The notes: a model not told the origin generated them from the sequence alone. Shown: positions 42,856 to 52,366, counted from the first letter of the stretch. The stretch is 52,808 bases of DNA from an uncultured Acidobacteriota bacterium (GCA_964568755.1 CAZMRX010000001.1:1-52808); one strand, 5' to 3'. Program-made: numbers and translations.

Positions 42856-44193
42856 GTGCGGCAGATTGCGCCGATGCAGGATAGCCAGCCGGCCAGCCGA
42901 AGCGAGGCGCACGCGGAGCCGCAGCTGGTCCGCGCCATCGGTTTGCGGCAGCTCACCGCCAGCATCGTCAACGTGACGGTCGGCGCGGGCATCTTCGTGC
43001 TGCCCGCGGCGGTAGCCGCCGGGCTGGGAGCCGCGGCCCCTGCGGCCTACGTCGTGTGCGCCGTGGCGATGGCGCTGATCGTCACCTCGTTCGCGCTCGC
43101 CGGCAGCCGCGTCTCCGTCACGGGCGGGATCTACGCCTACGTCGAGGTCGCCTTCGGCCCCTTCGTCGGGGTGCTGGCGGGGATGGTGCAGTGGCTGGTG
43201 CTGTGGCTCACGGCCGCCGGCCTGGTGAGCGCCTTCGCCGACCAGGTGGGCCTCGTCGTCCCGGTCCTGGCGGCCGGAGCGCCGCGCCTCGCCGTGATCC
43301 TCGCCACGCTGTCGCTGCTCGCGTTCGTGAACGTGCGCGGGGTGAAGCCGGGCGCGCGGCTCGTGGAGGGGATCACCGTCGCCAAGCTGCTGCCGCTCGC
43401 GCTGCTGATCGGCGTGGGCGTGTTCGCGATCGAGCCCGCCAACCTCGCCTGGCCCGGCTGGCCCGGTGGCGAGGCGCTCGGCAGCACGGTGCTGCTGCTG
43501 ATCTTCGCCTTCGCCGGGATCGAGGTGGCGCTCGTGCCGAGCGGCGAGGTGCGCGAGCCCGAGCGCACGGTGCCGCGCGCCGTGGGCCTGGCGCTCGCCT
43601 TCACCACGCTGCTGTACATGGCGATCCAGGCCGTGGCGCAGGGCGTGCTCGGCAGCGAGCTGGCGCGGGAGGCGAGCGCCCCGCTGGCGGCCGCGGCCGG
43701 GAAGCTGCTTGGGGACTGGGGCCGGCTGCTCGTGCTGTTCGGCGGCATGGTCTCGATGTTCGGCTACCTGAGCGGCGACATGCTGGCCTCGCCGCGCTCG
43801 ATCTTCGCCTTCGGCCGCGACGCGCTGCTGCCGCGGCTGTTCGCCTCCGTCCACCCGCGCTTCCGCACGCCGCACGTCGCGATCGTCACGCACGCGTTGC
43901 TGGTGGCGGGGGTCGCCGCCACCAACACCTTCACGCATCTCGCGCTGCTCTCGAACGTGGGGGTGCTGACGCTCTACTTCCTGGGCTGCGCGGCCGCGCT
44001 GCGCTTCGTCTGGCGCCCCGCCGCGCCCGACGCCGCCGGGCTGCGCCTGCCGGGCGAGCGGGTCATCCCGATCGCGGCGATGGCGGTGATCCTCTGGATC
44101 CTGGCCCACGCCACGAACCGCGAGCTCGCGGTGCTCGGCGCGACGCTCCTCGCCGCCACGCTGCTCTACCTGCTGCGCCGCGCTCGCATGTGA
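42856..44193 (+). CDS. APC-superfamily amino acid permease
   Basis: 445 aa from GTG 42856, with an alternative ATG at 42874. Contains LRQLTASIVNVTVGAGIFVLPA and 12 TM segments. Confidence 0.8.
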   Translation: MRQIAPMQDSQPASRSEAHAEPQLVRAIGLRQLTASIVNVTVGAGIFVLPAAVAAGLGAAAPAAYVVCAVAMALIVTSFALAGSRVSVTGGIYAYVEVAFGPFVGVLAGMVQWLVLWLTAAGLVSAFADQVGLVVPVLAAGAPRLAVILATLSLLAFVNVRGVKPGARLVEGITVAKLLPLALLIGVGVFAIEPANLAWPGWPGGEALGSTVLLLIFAFAGIEVALVPSGEVREPERTVPRAVGLALAFTTLLYMAIQAVAQGVLGSELAREASAPLAAAAGKLLGDWGRLLVLFGGMVSMFGYLSGDMLASPRSIFAFGRDALLPRLFASVHPRFRTPHVAIVTHALLVAGVAATNTFTHLALLSNVGVLTLYFLGCAAALRFVWRPAAPDAAGLRLPGERVIPIAAMAVILWILAHATNRELAVLGATLLAATLLYLLRRARM

Positions 44194-45062
44194 AGGTCCA
44201 CCTCGTCGACGGCACCTACGAGCTGTTCCGTGCCTTCTACGGCGTCCCGCCCGCGCACGACGGCCAGGGCCGGCCGGTCGGCGCCCTGCGCGGCATCGTC
44301 TCCACGCTGGTCGCGCTCGTGCGCGAGCCCGGCGTCACGCACGTCGCGTGCGCCTTCGACCACGTGATCGAGTCGTTCCGCAACCAGCTCTTCGAGGGCT
44401 ACAAGACCGGCGACGGCATCGAGCCCGACCTGCTCGCCCAGTTCCACCCCGCCGAGGAGGCGGTGGCGGCGCTCGGCATCGTCGTCTGGCCGATGGTGGA
44501 GTTCGAGGCGGACGACGCCCTTGCGACCGCAGCGGCACGCTTCCGCGACGCCGCGGGCGTCGAGCAGGTGGTGATCTGCTCGCCGGACAAGGACCTGTCC
44601 CAGTGCGTCGTGGGCCAGAGGGTCATCTGCCGCGACCGCCGGCGCGCCGCCGACCGCGACGAGGCGGGCGTCGTGGCGCGCTTCGGCGTGCCTCCCGCTT
44701 CGATCCCCGACTGGCTGGCGCTCGTCGGAGACTCCGCCGACGGCATCCCCGGCATCCCCGGCTTCGGAGAGAAGGCGGCTGCGTCCGTGCTCGGCCGCTA
44801 CCTCACGATCGACGCGATCCCCGACGACGCTGGGAGCTGGTCGGTCGAGGTGCGCGGCAAGGAGCGCCTCGCGGCGTCGCTGCGCGAACGACGCACCGAC
44901 GCGGCGCTGTACCGTCGGCTCGCCACGCTGCGGACCGACGTCCCGCTCGCCGAGCGCATCGCGGACCTGGAGTGGCACGGGGCGCGGCGCGACGCGCTCG
45001 AGCCGCTGCTCGCCCGCATCGGCGCGCTCGAGCTCGCGGACCGCGTGCCTCGCTGGCTATGA
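44190..45062 (+). CDS. 5'-3' exonuclease / flap endonuclease (Pol I N-terminal-domain family)
   Basis: 290 aa. GTG 44190 overlaps the permease stop (ATGTGA). Contains VHLVDGTYELFRAFY, acidic clusters (EADD, SPDKD) and the H3TH motif GDSADGIPGIPGFGEKAA. Confidence 0.8.
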   Translation: MKVHLVDGTYELFRAFYGVPPAHDGQGRPVGALRGIVSTLVALVREPGVTHVACAFDHVIESFRNQLFEGYKTGDGIEPDLLAQFHPAEEAVAALGIVVWPMVEFEADDALATAAARFRDAAGVEQVVICSPDKDLSQCVVGQRVICRDRRRAADRDEAGVVARFGVPPASIPDWLALVGDSADGIPGIPGFGEKAAASVLGRYLTIDAIPDDAGSWSVEVRGKERLAASLRERRTDAALYRRLATLRTDVPLAERIADLEWHGARRDALEPLLARIGALELADRVPRWL

Positions 45063-46261
45063 TCCTTGGCATGCAGCCCTTCGCCGCGCACTGGACGCTG
45101 GATCCAGACGTCGTCTTCCTGAACCACGGCTCGTTCGGCGCCTGCCCGAAGCCGGTGCTCGCAGTCCAGGCGGAGATTCGCGCTCGGCTCGAGCGAGAGC
45201 CGGTCGACTTCATGGCCCGCGCGTGGGAGTCCCTGATGGACGAGGCGAGGGCCGTGCTCGGCCGATTCGTCGGGGCCGACCCCGACGCGCTCGCGCTCGT
45301 CGCCAACGCCACCATGGGCGTCAATACCGTCCTGCGCTCGCTCCACTTCGCGCCGGGCGACGAGATCCTGGTCGTCGACCAGGGCTACAACGCCTGCTCC
45401 AACGCCGCCCGCTACGTGGCCGAGCGGTCCGGGGCCAGCGTGGTCACAGCCCACGCGCCGTTCCCGTTGGCCGACCCGGCAGAGGTCACGCGCGCGATCC
45501 TCGACCGGGTGAGCGGGCGCACCAGGCTGGCCCTGGTGGACCACGTGACGAGCGCGACCGGCCTCGTGCTGCCGATCGAGGCGATCGTGCGCGGACTCGA
45601 GGCGCGCGGCGTCGACACGCTGGTGGACGGCGCTCACGCCCCGGGGATGGTTCCGCTCGCGCTCGACGCGCTCCGCGCCGCCTACTACACCGGCAACTGC
45701 CACAAGTGGATGTGCACGCCCAAGGGGTCGGCTTTCCTCTACGTCCGCCCGGACCGTCAGGACCGCATCCACCCGCTCGTGATCAGCCACGGGCGCAACG
45801 CGCCGCGAAAGGACCGCAGCCGCTTCCGGCTGGAGTTCGACTTCACTGGAACGCAGGACCCGAGCGCCTGGCTCGCGATCCCCGAGGCCATCCGCTTCAT
45901 GGGGTCGCTCCTGCCCGGGGGCTGGGACGAGCTTCGCAGCCGCAACCACGCCCTCGCGCTGCGCGGCCGGTCGCTGGTCTGCGAGGCCCTGGAGATCGGG
46001 GCCCCGGCCCCGGAGAGCATGATCGGCTCGCTCGCGACTGTGCCGCTGCCGCCGGCGCCCGGTGCGGCCGACGCCCCGCCGCTCAGCACCGACCCGATCC
46101 TGACCGCGCTCTGGGAGCGCCACCGGATCGAGGTGCTGGCGTCCGTCTGGCCGGCGTCGCCTGGGCGCATCCTGCGCGTGTCGGCGCAGATCTACAACGA
46201 CGAATCGCAGTACGCCGTGCTCGCCGACGCGCTCGTCGAGCTCCTGGCCGCGGGTGCGTGA
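45059..46261 (+). CDS. Class-V aminotransferase-fold PLP enzyme (isopenicillin-N-epimerase / cysteine-desulfurase-like)
   Basis: About 400 aa. ATG 45059 forms an ATGA overlap with the upstream gene; an alternative ATG lies at 45071. Contains FLNHGSFGACP, DGAHAPG and the PLP-lysine context YTGNCHKWMCTPKG. Confidence 0.7.
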   Translation: MILGMQPFAAHWTLDPDVVFLNHGSFGACPKPVLAVQAEIRARLEREPVDFMARAWESLMDEARAVLGRFVGADPDALALVANATMGVNTVLRSLHFAPGDEILVVDQGYNACSNAARYVAERSGASVVTAHAPFPLADPAEVTRAILDRVSGRTRLALVDHVTSATGLVLPIEAIVRGLEARGVDTLVDGAHAPGMVPLALDALRAAYYTGNCHKWMCTPKGSAFLYVRPDRQDRIHPLVISHGRNAPRKDRSRFRLEFDFTGTQDPSAWLAIPEAIRFMGSLLPGGWDELRSRNHALALRGRSLVCEALEIGAPAPESMIGSLATVPLPPAPGAADAPPLSTDPILTALWERHRIEVLASVWPASPGRILRVSAQIYNDESQYAVLADALVELLAAGA

Positions 46262-46377
46262 ATGCACGAGGCCTGGCGTATCCAGATCTCGGCCGTGGTG
46301 GCCGGGGCGAACCAGGCCAAGGCTTGCGTCGCGCTCGTCTTCGCGGGCCGGTGTAGGATGGGGCTCCAAGGAGCTTG

Positions 46378-46752
46378 ATGACCATGAAGCGTGCCGCCGG
46401 ACTTGCATTCGCCCTCGCCTTGTTCGCTCTCGTCGGAGTTCCCGCCAGCGCCTCTGAGAAAGCCGCGCTCGGGACCTGGGACGTCGTGGCCTCCACGCCC
46501 GACGGACCGATGCCTTCGGTGATGACCGTCACGAAGGGCGAGGCCAAGGGCCAGATCAAGGCCGAGATCGAGCTCGGCGGGATCAAGCGCACGGTCTCGG
46601 ACGAGGCGCTCGAGGGCGACGTGCTCAAGCTCAAGGTCGACTACGAAGGTGTGAGCTACGCCATTCAGGGCAAGATCACGGGCGACGCGCTCGAGGGCAC
46701 GTGGGAGGGCGGCGGCAACTCCGGGAGCCTGAAGGCGAAGCGCCGGCCGTAG
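46378..46752 (+). CDS. Small secreted hypothetical protein
   Basis: About 124 aa. AAGGAG at 46368-46373. Possible starts are TTG 46375, ATG 46378 and ATG 46384. It has a signal peptide (KRAAGLAFALALFALVGVPASA) and a beta-rich mature part. Confidence 0.5.
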   Translation: MTMKRAAGLAFALALFALVGVPASASEKAALGTWDVVASTPDGPMPSVMTVTKGEAKGQIKAEIELGGIKRTVSDEALEGDVLKLKVDYEGVSYAIQGKITGDALEGTWEGGGNSGSLKAKRRP

Positions 46753-46822
46753 CGGACCAGCGGCCGCCCCGCTTTCAGCACAACGCTGAGCTCGGCGGGC
46801 CGAGCTATCCTTCATCGCGGCG

Positions 46823-47965
46823 ATGGACTTCCTGGCGCCGGTCGATCCGGAGGAGGCACGGCTCCGGCCTACGTACGTCACCGTCAGCCTGTCGCGGCTC
46901 CGGACCAACCTCGCCGCCGTCAAGGCACACGTCGGCGGTGCGAAGGTGATGGCCGTCCTCAAGGCCAACGCCTACGGCCACGGCCTCGAGGCGGTGGCCC
47001 GCTGCCTCGCGCCCCAGGCCGACGCCTTCGGCGTGGCGCTGGTGGAAGAAGGCATCGCGCTGCGGGCGCTCGGGATCGAGAGCCCGATCCTGGTGATGGG
47101 CGGGATCTGGACGCGCCAGATCCCGCTCTTCCTCGAGCACCGCCTGACGTTCACGGTTCCTTCGCTCGCGCGGCTCGCCGACATCGAGCAGGCGGCCGCG
47201 GCCCACGGCCGCAAGGCGCGCGTCCACCTCAAGATCGACACCGGCATGGAGCGCATCGGCATCCACCATTACAGCGCCGCGCCGCTGCTCGAGGCGGCCG
47301 CGCGCTCACCGCACGTCGAGGTCGAGGGCATCTACTCGCACTTCGCCAATGCCGATGCCGAGGACCTCGCCTCGACGCGCCTGCAGCTCGAGCGATTCCT
47401 CGAAGTGCTGCGCTTCTACGAGCGCCGCTCGCTGCCGCCTCCGCAGCGGCACATCGCCAACTCCTCGGCGCTGCTGCGCCTGCCCGAGACGCACCTCGAC
47501 ATGGTGCGCCCGGGGATCCTGCTCTACGGCGTCTACCCGTTCCAGGCGGCCGCGCGCGCGATCGAGGTCCAGCCCGCGCTCACGTGGCGCTCGCGGGTCG
47601 TCTACTTCAAGGTCGTGGAGCCCGAGAGCCCCGTCTCGTACGGGTCCACCTGGAAGAGCGACCACCGCGTGCGCCTGGTCACGGTGCCGGTCGGCTACGG
47701 CGACGGCTACTTCCGCGCCCTCTCGAACCGCGCCTTCGTCGTTCTTCGCGGCCGGCGCCACCCGCAGGTGGGCCGCGTGTGCATGGACCAGATGATGGTC
47801 AACATCGAGTGGAACGAGGCCTGGAACGGGGACGACGTGGTGCTGATCGGCGAGCAGGACGGCGCCCGCGTGACGGTCGAGGAGCTGGCCGAGTGGGCCG
47901 GAACCGTGCCCTGGGAGATCCTGGCCGCGATCAGCGCGCGGGTGCCACGGATCTACGAACGCTAA
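46823..47965 (+). CDS. alr: Alanine racemase
   Basis: 380 aa. PLP-lysine motif VMAVLKANAYGHG and C-terminal VGYGDGY...GRVCMDQ. Confidence 0.9.
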   Translation: MDFLAPVDPEEARLRPTYVTVSLSRLRTNLAAVKAHVGGAKVMAVLKANAYGHGLEAVARCLAPQADAFGVALVEEGIALRALGIESPILVMGGIWTRQIPLFLEHRLTFTVPSLARLADIEQAAAAHGRKARVHLKIDTGMERIGIHHYSAAPLLEAAARSPHVEVEGIYSHFANADAEDLASTRLQLERFLEVLRFYERRSLPPPQRHIANSSALLRLPETHLDMVRPGILLYGVYPFQAAARAIEVQPALTWRSRVVYFKVVEPESPVSYGSTWKSDHRVRLVTVPVGYGDGYFRALSNRAFVVLRGRRHPQVGRVCMDQMMVNIEWNEAWNGDDVVLIGEQDGARVTVEELAEWAGTVPWEILAAISARVPRIYER

Positions 47966-47974
47966 GCCCGGGGG

Positions 47975-48003
47975 TCTGGGGGGCGGCTTCGGAGCCCCCC
48001 AGG
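47975..48003 (+). terminator. Strong G:C hairpin with C(UUCG)G tip immediately after alr; no U-tract
   Basis: TCTGGGGGGC...GCCCCCCAGG forms a stem of about 9 bp around GGC-TTCG-GA, 10 nt after the alr TAA. The missing T-run makes the terminator function uncertain. Confidence 0.35.
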
Positions 48004-48057
48004 TCCGTGGCTCGTCCGTCGCTCCCCAGCCTGAGCCGAAGGACCCCCGCGTTGGTC

Positions 48058-48086
48058 TTGACGGCGCGGGGGACGGTCCATATACT
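48058..48086 (+). promoter_or_regulatory. Sigma70-like promoter TTGACG-17 nt-TATACT
   Basis: The -35 is TTGACG (48058-48063), followed by a 17-nt spacer and the -10 TATACT (48081-48086). A near-consensus pair is unexpected in this GC-rich DNA. Caveat: the -35 also lies in the loop of a possible 8-bp hairpin (48044-51 / 48065-72). Confidence 0.5.
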
Positions 48087-48092
48087 CCGGCA

Positions 48093-48260
48093 TCATGCTT
48101 CGGTCGGTCCAGATCGCTGCTCGAAAGCGGGCCACTCGAAAGTGCACGAGTCGCTTAGGCGGCGGTGTGGCCCTGTGCCCCTAGCAGAACCAAGCACAGA
48201 GAATCGCAACCACCCGAACCCGCCGCAGCGGCCGCAGCCGCCGGCGGGTTTCGTGCTTTT
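48093..48260 (+). promoter_or_regulatory. Structured leader / possible cis-regulatory RNA upstream of asd-lysC-dapBAD (class unknown)
   Basis: About 125 nt with several local helices, then an intrinsic terminator, then SD and ATG of asd. Helices: 48116-23 / 48147-54 enclosing CACU[CGAA]AGUG; GUCGC[UUAG]GCGGC; and a duplicated CTCGAAAG 8-mer at 48120 and 48135. Classic attenuator or riboswitch layout. Confidence 0.4.
48218..48260 (+). terminator. Intrinsic terminator-like hairpin plus interrupted U-tract, 30 nt before the asd start codon
   Basis: ACCCGCCG..GCGG[CCGCAG]CCGC.CGGCGGGT forms a stem of about 12 G:C-rich bp, followed by TTTCGTGCTTTTC. Upstream GGCGGCGG (48159-66) can pair alternatively with the 5' arm CCGCCGC (48220-26). 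Confidence 0.55.
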
Positions 48261-48290
48261 CGGGGTCTTTGACGCGGGAACGGAGACGAG

Positions 48291-49343
48291 ATGGGCAAGC
48301 GGATCGAGGTCGGGGTGCTGGGCGCGACCGGGATGGTCGGCCAGCAGTTCATCCAGCAGCTGGCAGGGCATCCCTGGTTCGAGCTGACCTGGCTCGCGGC
48401 CAGCGAGCGTTCGGAGGGCAAGAGCTACGCCGACGCGGCCCCCTGGCGCCTCGAAACGCCGATGCCCGAGGGCATCGGCAGCCGAACCGTCGAGGCGTGT
48501 ACGCCGGGCAAGGGCCCGCGGCTCGTGTTCTCGGCGCTCGACGCCGGCGTCGCGGGCGAGCTCGAGCAGGCGTTCGCCGACGCCGGGCACGTGGTGCTGA
48601 GCAACGCGCGCAACCACCGCATGGACCCGGTGGTGCCGCTGCTGGTGCCGGAGGTGAACGCCGAGCACCTCGCCCTGCTGCGCGCGCAGGCGAAGCGACG
48701 CGGCGGCAAGCCGGGTGCGATCGTCACCAACCCCAACTGCTCGACAGTGGTGCTCTCGATGGCGCTCGCGCCGCTGCGGGCCTTCGGCCTGCGCTCCTGC
48801 CTGGTGAGCACGATGCAGGCCGTCTCCGGCGCGGGCTACCCGGGCGTGCCCTCGCTCGACATCCTCGGCAACGTGATCCCGTTCATCTCCGGCGAAGAGG
48901 AGAAGATCGAGACCGAGACGCGCAAGATCCTCGGCGCCCTCTCGGGCGAGACGGTCGAGCCCCATCCTGTGCGCGTGAGCGCGCACACCAACCGCGTGCC
49001 GGTGGTGGACGGTCACACCGAGACGGTCTCGGTCGCGCTCGACGACAAGCCGACCCAGGCGGCGCTGCGCGCGGCGATCGAGGGCTTCAGCGGGCTGCCG
49101 CAGCGGCACGGCCTGCCGTCGGCGCCGGAGCGGCCGCTCGTCTACCTCGAGCAGCCGAATCGTCCGCAGCCGCGCTTCGACGCCTCGCGCGGACGCGGCA
49201 TGACGGTGTCGGTCGGCCGGCTGCGTCCGTGCGGGGTGCTCGACTGGAAGTTCGTGGCGCTCGGCCACAACACGGTGCGCGGGGCGGCGGGCGCGTCGGT
49301 GCTCAACGCCGAGCTGATGCAGGCCGAGGGCCTGCTCGACTAG
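48291..49343 (+). CDS. asd: Aspartate-semialdehyde dehydrogenase
   Basis: 350 aa. Contains [12 protein letters not shown], the active-site motif NPNCST and the C-terminal [10 protein letters not shown]. Confidence 0.9.
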   Translation: MGKRIEVGVLGATGMVGQQFIQQLAGHPWFELTWLAASERSEGKSYADAAPWRLETPMPEGIGSRTVEACTPGKGPRLVFSALDAGVAGELEQAFADAGHVVLSNARNHRMDPVVPLLVPEVNAEHLALLRAQAKRRGGKPGAIVTNPNCSTVVLSMALAPLRAFGLRSCLVSTMQAVSGAGYPGVPSLDILGNVIPFISGEEEKIETETRKILGALSGETVEPHPVRVSAHTNRVPVVDGHTETVSVALDDKPTQAALRAAIEGFSGLPQRHGLPSAPERPLVYLEQPNRPQPRFDASRGRGMTVSVGRLRPCGVLDWKFVALGHNTVRGAAGASVLNAELMQAEGLLD

Positions 49344-49353
49344 GAGGCTGGCC

Positions 49354-50742
49354 TTGATCGTCATGAAGTTCGGCGGCACCTCGGTCCAGGACCCCGAGGC
49401 CGTGTCGCGCGTGGTTCAGGTGGTCGCCGGCGAGACGCGGCCGCGGCTGGTCGTCGTTTCCGCGCTCGCGCGCGTGACGGACGCGCTGCTGGAGGTGGTC
49501 CGCCTCGCCGAGCGCGGCGATGCGACGGCGGCCCGCGACGCCGTCCGCGCGCTGCGCCTGCGCCACGAGCAGATGACGACGCTCGTGCGCCAGCCGGAGC
49601 GCCGCGCGGAGCTGCTCGCGGCGCTCGACGCCGTCTTCGCGGAGGTCGAGGCGGTGGCCACCGCGCTGGCCGTGGTGCGTGAGGTGTCGCCGCGCTCCTG
49701 CGACGCGCTCGTCGCCGCGGGCGAGCTCGCCAGCTCCCGCATCGTGGCCGCGGCGCTCGCCGAGGCGGGAGTCCCCTCGCGCTTCGTCGACGCTCGCGAG
49801 CTGCTGGTCACCGACGCGGCGCACGGCGCGGCGGCGCCCGATCGCGCCGCCACCGACGAGCGGCTGCGTGCGCGCGTGCGCCCGCTGCTGGAGCAAGGTG
49901 TCGTCGGGGTCACCGGCGGCTTCGTGGGCGCGACCGCCGCCGGGATCACCACCACGCTCGGGCGCGGCGGCTCCGACTACTCGGCCGCGCTCTTCGGCGC
50001 GGGTCTCGAGGCCGAGGAGATCCAGATCTGGACCGACGTGGACGGGATGCTGACCGCCGACCCGCGTCTCGTGCCGGTCCCGCGCGTGGTCTCGCGGCTC
50101 AGCTTCGCCGAGGCGTCGGAGCTCGCGTACTTCGGCGCCAAGGTGCTGCACCCGAGCACGATCCTGCCCGCGGTCGGCCTCGGCATCCCGGTGCGCATCC
50201 TGAACTCGCACCGGCCGCACGCCGAGGGCACGCTGATCACGGCGGCCGCGGCCGAGGGCGTGCCGGGGCCGGTGGCGATCGCCTGCCGCCGGGGGGTGAC
50301 GCGGATCGACATCGCCTCGACCCGGATGCTGATGGCCTACGGTTTCCTGCGCCGGGTGTTCGAGGTGTTCGAGCGTTTCGAGACGCCGGTCGACGTGGTC
50401 ACGACCTCCGAGGTGAGCGTGTCGGTGACGATCGACGACCGCCACGCGATCGAGGCCATCGCGGCGGCGCTGCGCGCCTTCGCCGACGTGACGTGCGAGT
50501 CGGGAATGGCGATCCTGAGCGCCGTCGGCGAAGGACTGCGCCGCGACGCGCGTCTCGCCGCGCAGGTGATCGGCGCGCTCGAGGGCCTGCCGCTCGCGAT
50601 GGTCTCGCAAGGAGGCTCGCGCACGAACGTGACGGTCGTGCTGCCCGAGACGGACGCCACCGGCGCGATGCAGCGGCTCCACCGGCGCTTCTTCGAGCCC
50701 GAGCCCGCCGGCGCCGAAGCCGCGGCGCTCGCCACCGCCTGA
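49354..50742 (+). CDS. lysC: Aspartate kinase
   Basis: 462 aa. TTG 49354 lies 6 nt after AGGAGG; an alternative ATG is at 49363. Contains MKFGGTSV, GRGGSDYSAA and FGAKVLHP, with C-terminal ACT-like repeats. Confidence 0.9.
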   Translation: MIVMKFGGTSVQDPEAVSRVVQVVAGETRPRLVVVSALARVTDALLEVVRLAERGDATAARDAVRALRLRHEQMTTLVRQPERRAELLAALDAVFAEVEAVATALAVVREVSPRSCDALVAAGELASSRIVAAALAEAGVPSRFVDARELLVTDAAHGAAAPDRAATDERLRARVRPLLEQGVVGVTGGFVGATAAGITTTLGRGGSDYSAALFGAGLEAEEIQIWTDVDGMLTADPRLVPVPRVVSRLSFAEASELAYFGAKVLHPSTILPAVGLGIPVRILNSHRPHAEGTLITAAAAEGVPGPVAIACRRGVTRIDIASTRMLMAYGFLRRVFEVFERFETPVDVVTTSEVSVSVTIDDRHAIEAIAAALRAFADVTCESGMAILSAVGEGLRRDARLAAQVIGALEGLPLAMVSQGGSRTNVTVVLPETDATGAMQRLHRRFFEPEPAGAEAAALATA

Positions 50743-50754
50743 GGTCGAAGAGCG

Positions 50755-51447
50755 ATGCGCCTGCTGGTCGTCGGCCACGGACGGATGGGACGGCTGGTCG
50801 AGGCGCTCGCCCCCTCCTACGGCTTCGAGCTGGCCGGAGTGCTCGACAGCGCCTCGAACCCCGGCGGCCAGGGCGCCGACGCCGAGCGCTGCAAGGGCGT
50901 GGCCGTGGCCGTCGACTTCTCGACCGCCGAGGCGACGCTCGCGACGACGCCGCGACTGGCCGCGCTCGGCATCTCGCTGGTCGTGGGCACCACGGGCTTT
51001 CAGGCCCGCGAGAGCGAGCTGCGCGCCGCCGTCGAGGCGGCCGGCGTCGGCGCGGTGGTCGCGGCCAACTTCTCGCTCGGCGCGAGCGTGCTCGAGGCGC
51101 TCGGCGAGAGCGCGGGCCGGCTGCTGGCGGGCGCCGAGGCGTTCGGCGCCTACGTGCACGAGGCGCACCACCAGGCGAAGAAGGACGCCCCGTCCGGCAC
51201 GGCGCTCGCGCTGCGGCGCGCCCTCGAGCGCTCCGGCTTCCCGCGCCCGATCGACATGTCGTCGACGCGCGCCGGCTTCATTCCCGGCACGCACACGATA
51301 GGATTCGACGGTCCGGCGGAGACGCTCGAGCTCGTGCACACGGTGCGCGACCGCGCCACGTTCGCGCACGGCGCGCTCGCCGCGGCGCGCTGGGTGGTGG
51401 GACGCAGGGGCTGGTTCACGATGCGGGACGTACTGGGACTCGCTTGA
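50755..51447 (+). CDS. dapB: 4-hydroxy-tetrahydrodipicolinate reductase
   Basis: 230 aa. Contains VVGHGRMGR and the signature EAHHQAKKDAPSGTA. Confidence 0.85.
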   Translation: MRLLVVGHGRMGRLVEALAPSYGFELAGVLDSASNPGGQGADAERCKGVAVAVDFSTAEATLATTPRLAALGISLVVGTTGFQARESELRAAVEAAGVGAVVAANFSLGASVLEALGESAGRLLAGAEAFGAYVHEAHHQAKKDAPSGTALALRRALERSGFPRPIDMSSTRAGFIPGTHTIGFDGPAETLELVHTVRDRATFAHGALAAARWVVGRRGWFTMRDVLGLA

Positions 51448-51463
51448 GGCTCTAGGAGGAGCG

Positions 51464-52366
51464 ATGCGAACTCCGTTCACGGGCTGCGGGACGGCGCTGG
51501 TGACACCGTTCACGACGTCGGGAGCGGTCGACGAAGCCGCGGTGCGGCGGCTGGCGAAGCGGCAGGTCGAGGCGGGCGTCCACTTCCTGGTGCCGTGCGG
51601 CACGACCGGCGAGGCGCCCACGCTGTCGGCCGCCGAGCGCTCGCGCGTGGTGGAGATCGTGGTGGACGAGGCGCGCGGGCGCGTGCCCGTGCTCGCGGGG
51701 GCTGGGGGCTACGACACGCGCGAGGTTGTGGAAGCGGCGCGCGCGATGCAGGCGGCCGGGGCGGACGGCCTGCTCTCGGTCACGCCGTATTACAGCAAGC
51801 CGACGCCGGAGGGGCTCTACCGCCACTACGAGGCGATCGCCGCGGCCACGCCGCTGCCGATCGTCGTCTACAACGTGCCGGGGCGCACGGGCTGCAACGT
51901 CGACCCCGCGACGCTCGCGCGGCTCGCGACGATCCCCAACGTCGCGGGCGTCAAGGAGGCCTCGGGCAACATGACGCAGATCTGCGAGGTGATGCGCGCG
52001 GTGCCGCCGGAGTTCCTGGTGCTGTGCGGCGACGACGCGCTCACGCTGCCGGCGATGGCGGTGGGCGCGCGCGGCGTCGTGTCGGTGGCCTCGAACGAGC
52101 TCCCGTCCGAGATGGCGCAGCTGGTGGAGGCGGCCGAGGCCAACGACTTCGGCTTCGCGCGCGAGATCCACACGCGGCTGCTGCCGCTGATGCTCGCGAA
52201 CTTCGCCGAGTCGAACCCGATCCCGGTGAAGGCGGCGATGGCCCAGATGGGCCTGCTCGAGGAGAGCTATCGGCTGCCGATGGTGCCGCCGCGAGCCGAG
52301 ACGCGCGAGAGGCTCGCGCGCGTGCTCGCGAGCGTGCGGCCCGCGCCCGCGGCGGTCCCTGCGTGA
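51464..52366 (+). CDS. dapA: 4-hydroxy-tetrahydrodipicolinate synthase
   Basis: 300 aa with an AGGAGGA SD. Contains TALVTPF, CGTTGEAPTLS, YNVPGRTG and the Schiff-base lysine context VAGVKEASGN. Confidence 0.9.
   Translation: MRTPFTGCGTALVTPFTTSGAVDEAAVRRLAKRQVEAGVHFLVPCGTTGEAPTLSAAERSRVVEIVVDEARGRVPVLAGAGGYDTREVVEAARAMQAAGADGLLSVTPYYSKPTPEGLYRHYEAIAAATPLPIVVYNVPGRTGCNVDPATLARLATIPNVAGVKEASGNMTQICEVMRAVPPEFLVLCGDDALTLPAMAVGARGVVSVASNELPSEMAQLVEAAEANDFGFAREIHTRLLPLMLANFAESNPIPVKAAMAQMGLLEESYRLPMVPPRAETRERLARVLASVRPAPAAVPA

Noticed and set aside
48093-48216. Canonical lysine (L-box) riboswitch in the asd leader
   Set aside because: The region is too short (about 125 nt versus about 170 nt or more), and the conserved L-box sequence blocks were not seen by eye. 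It is kept only as an unclassified leader.
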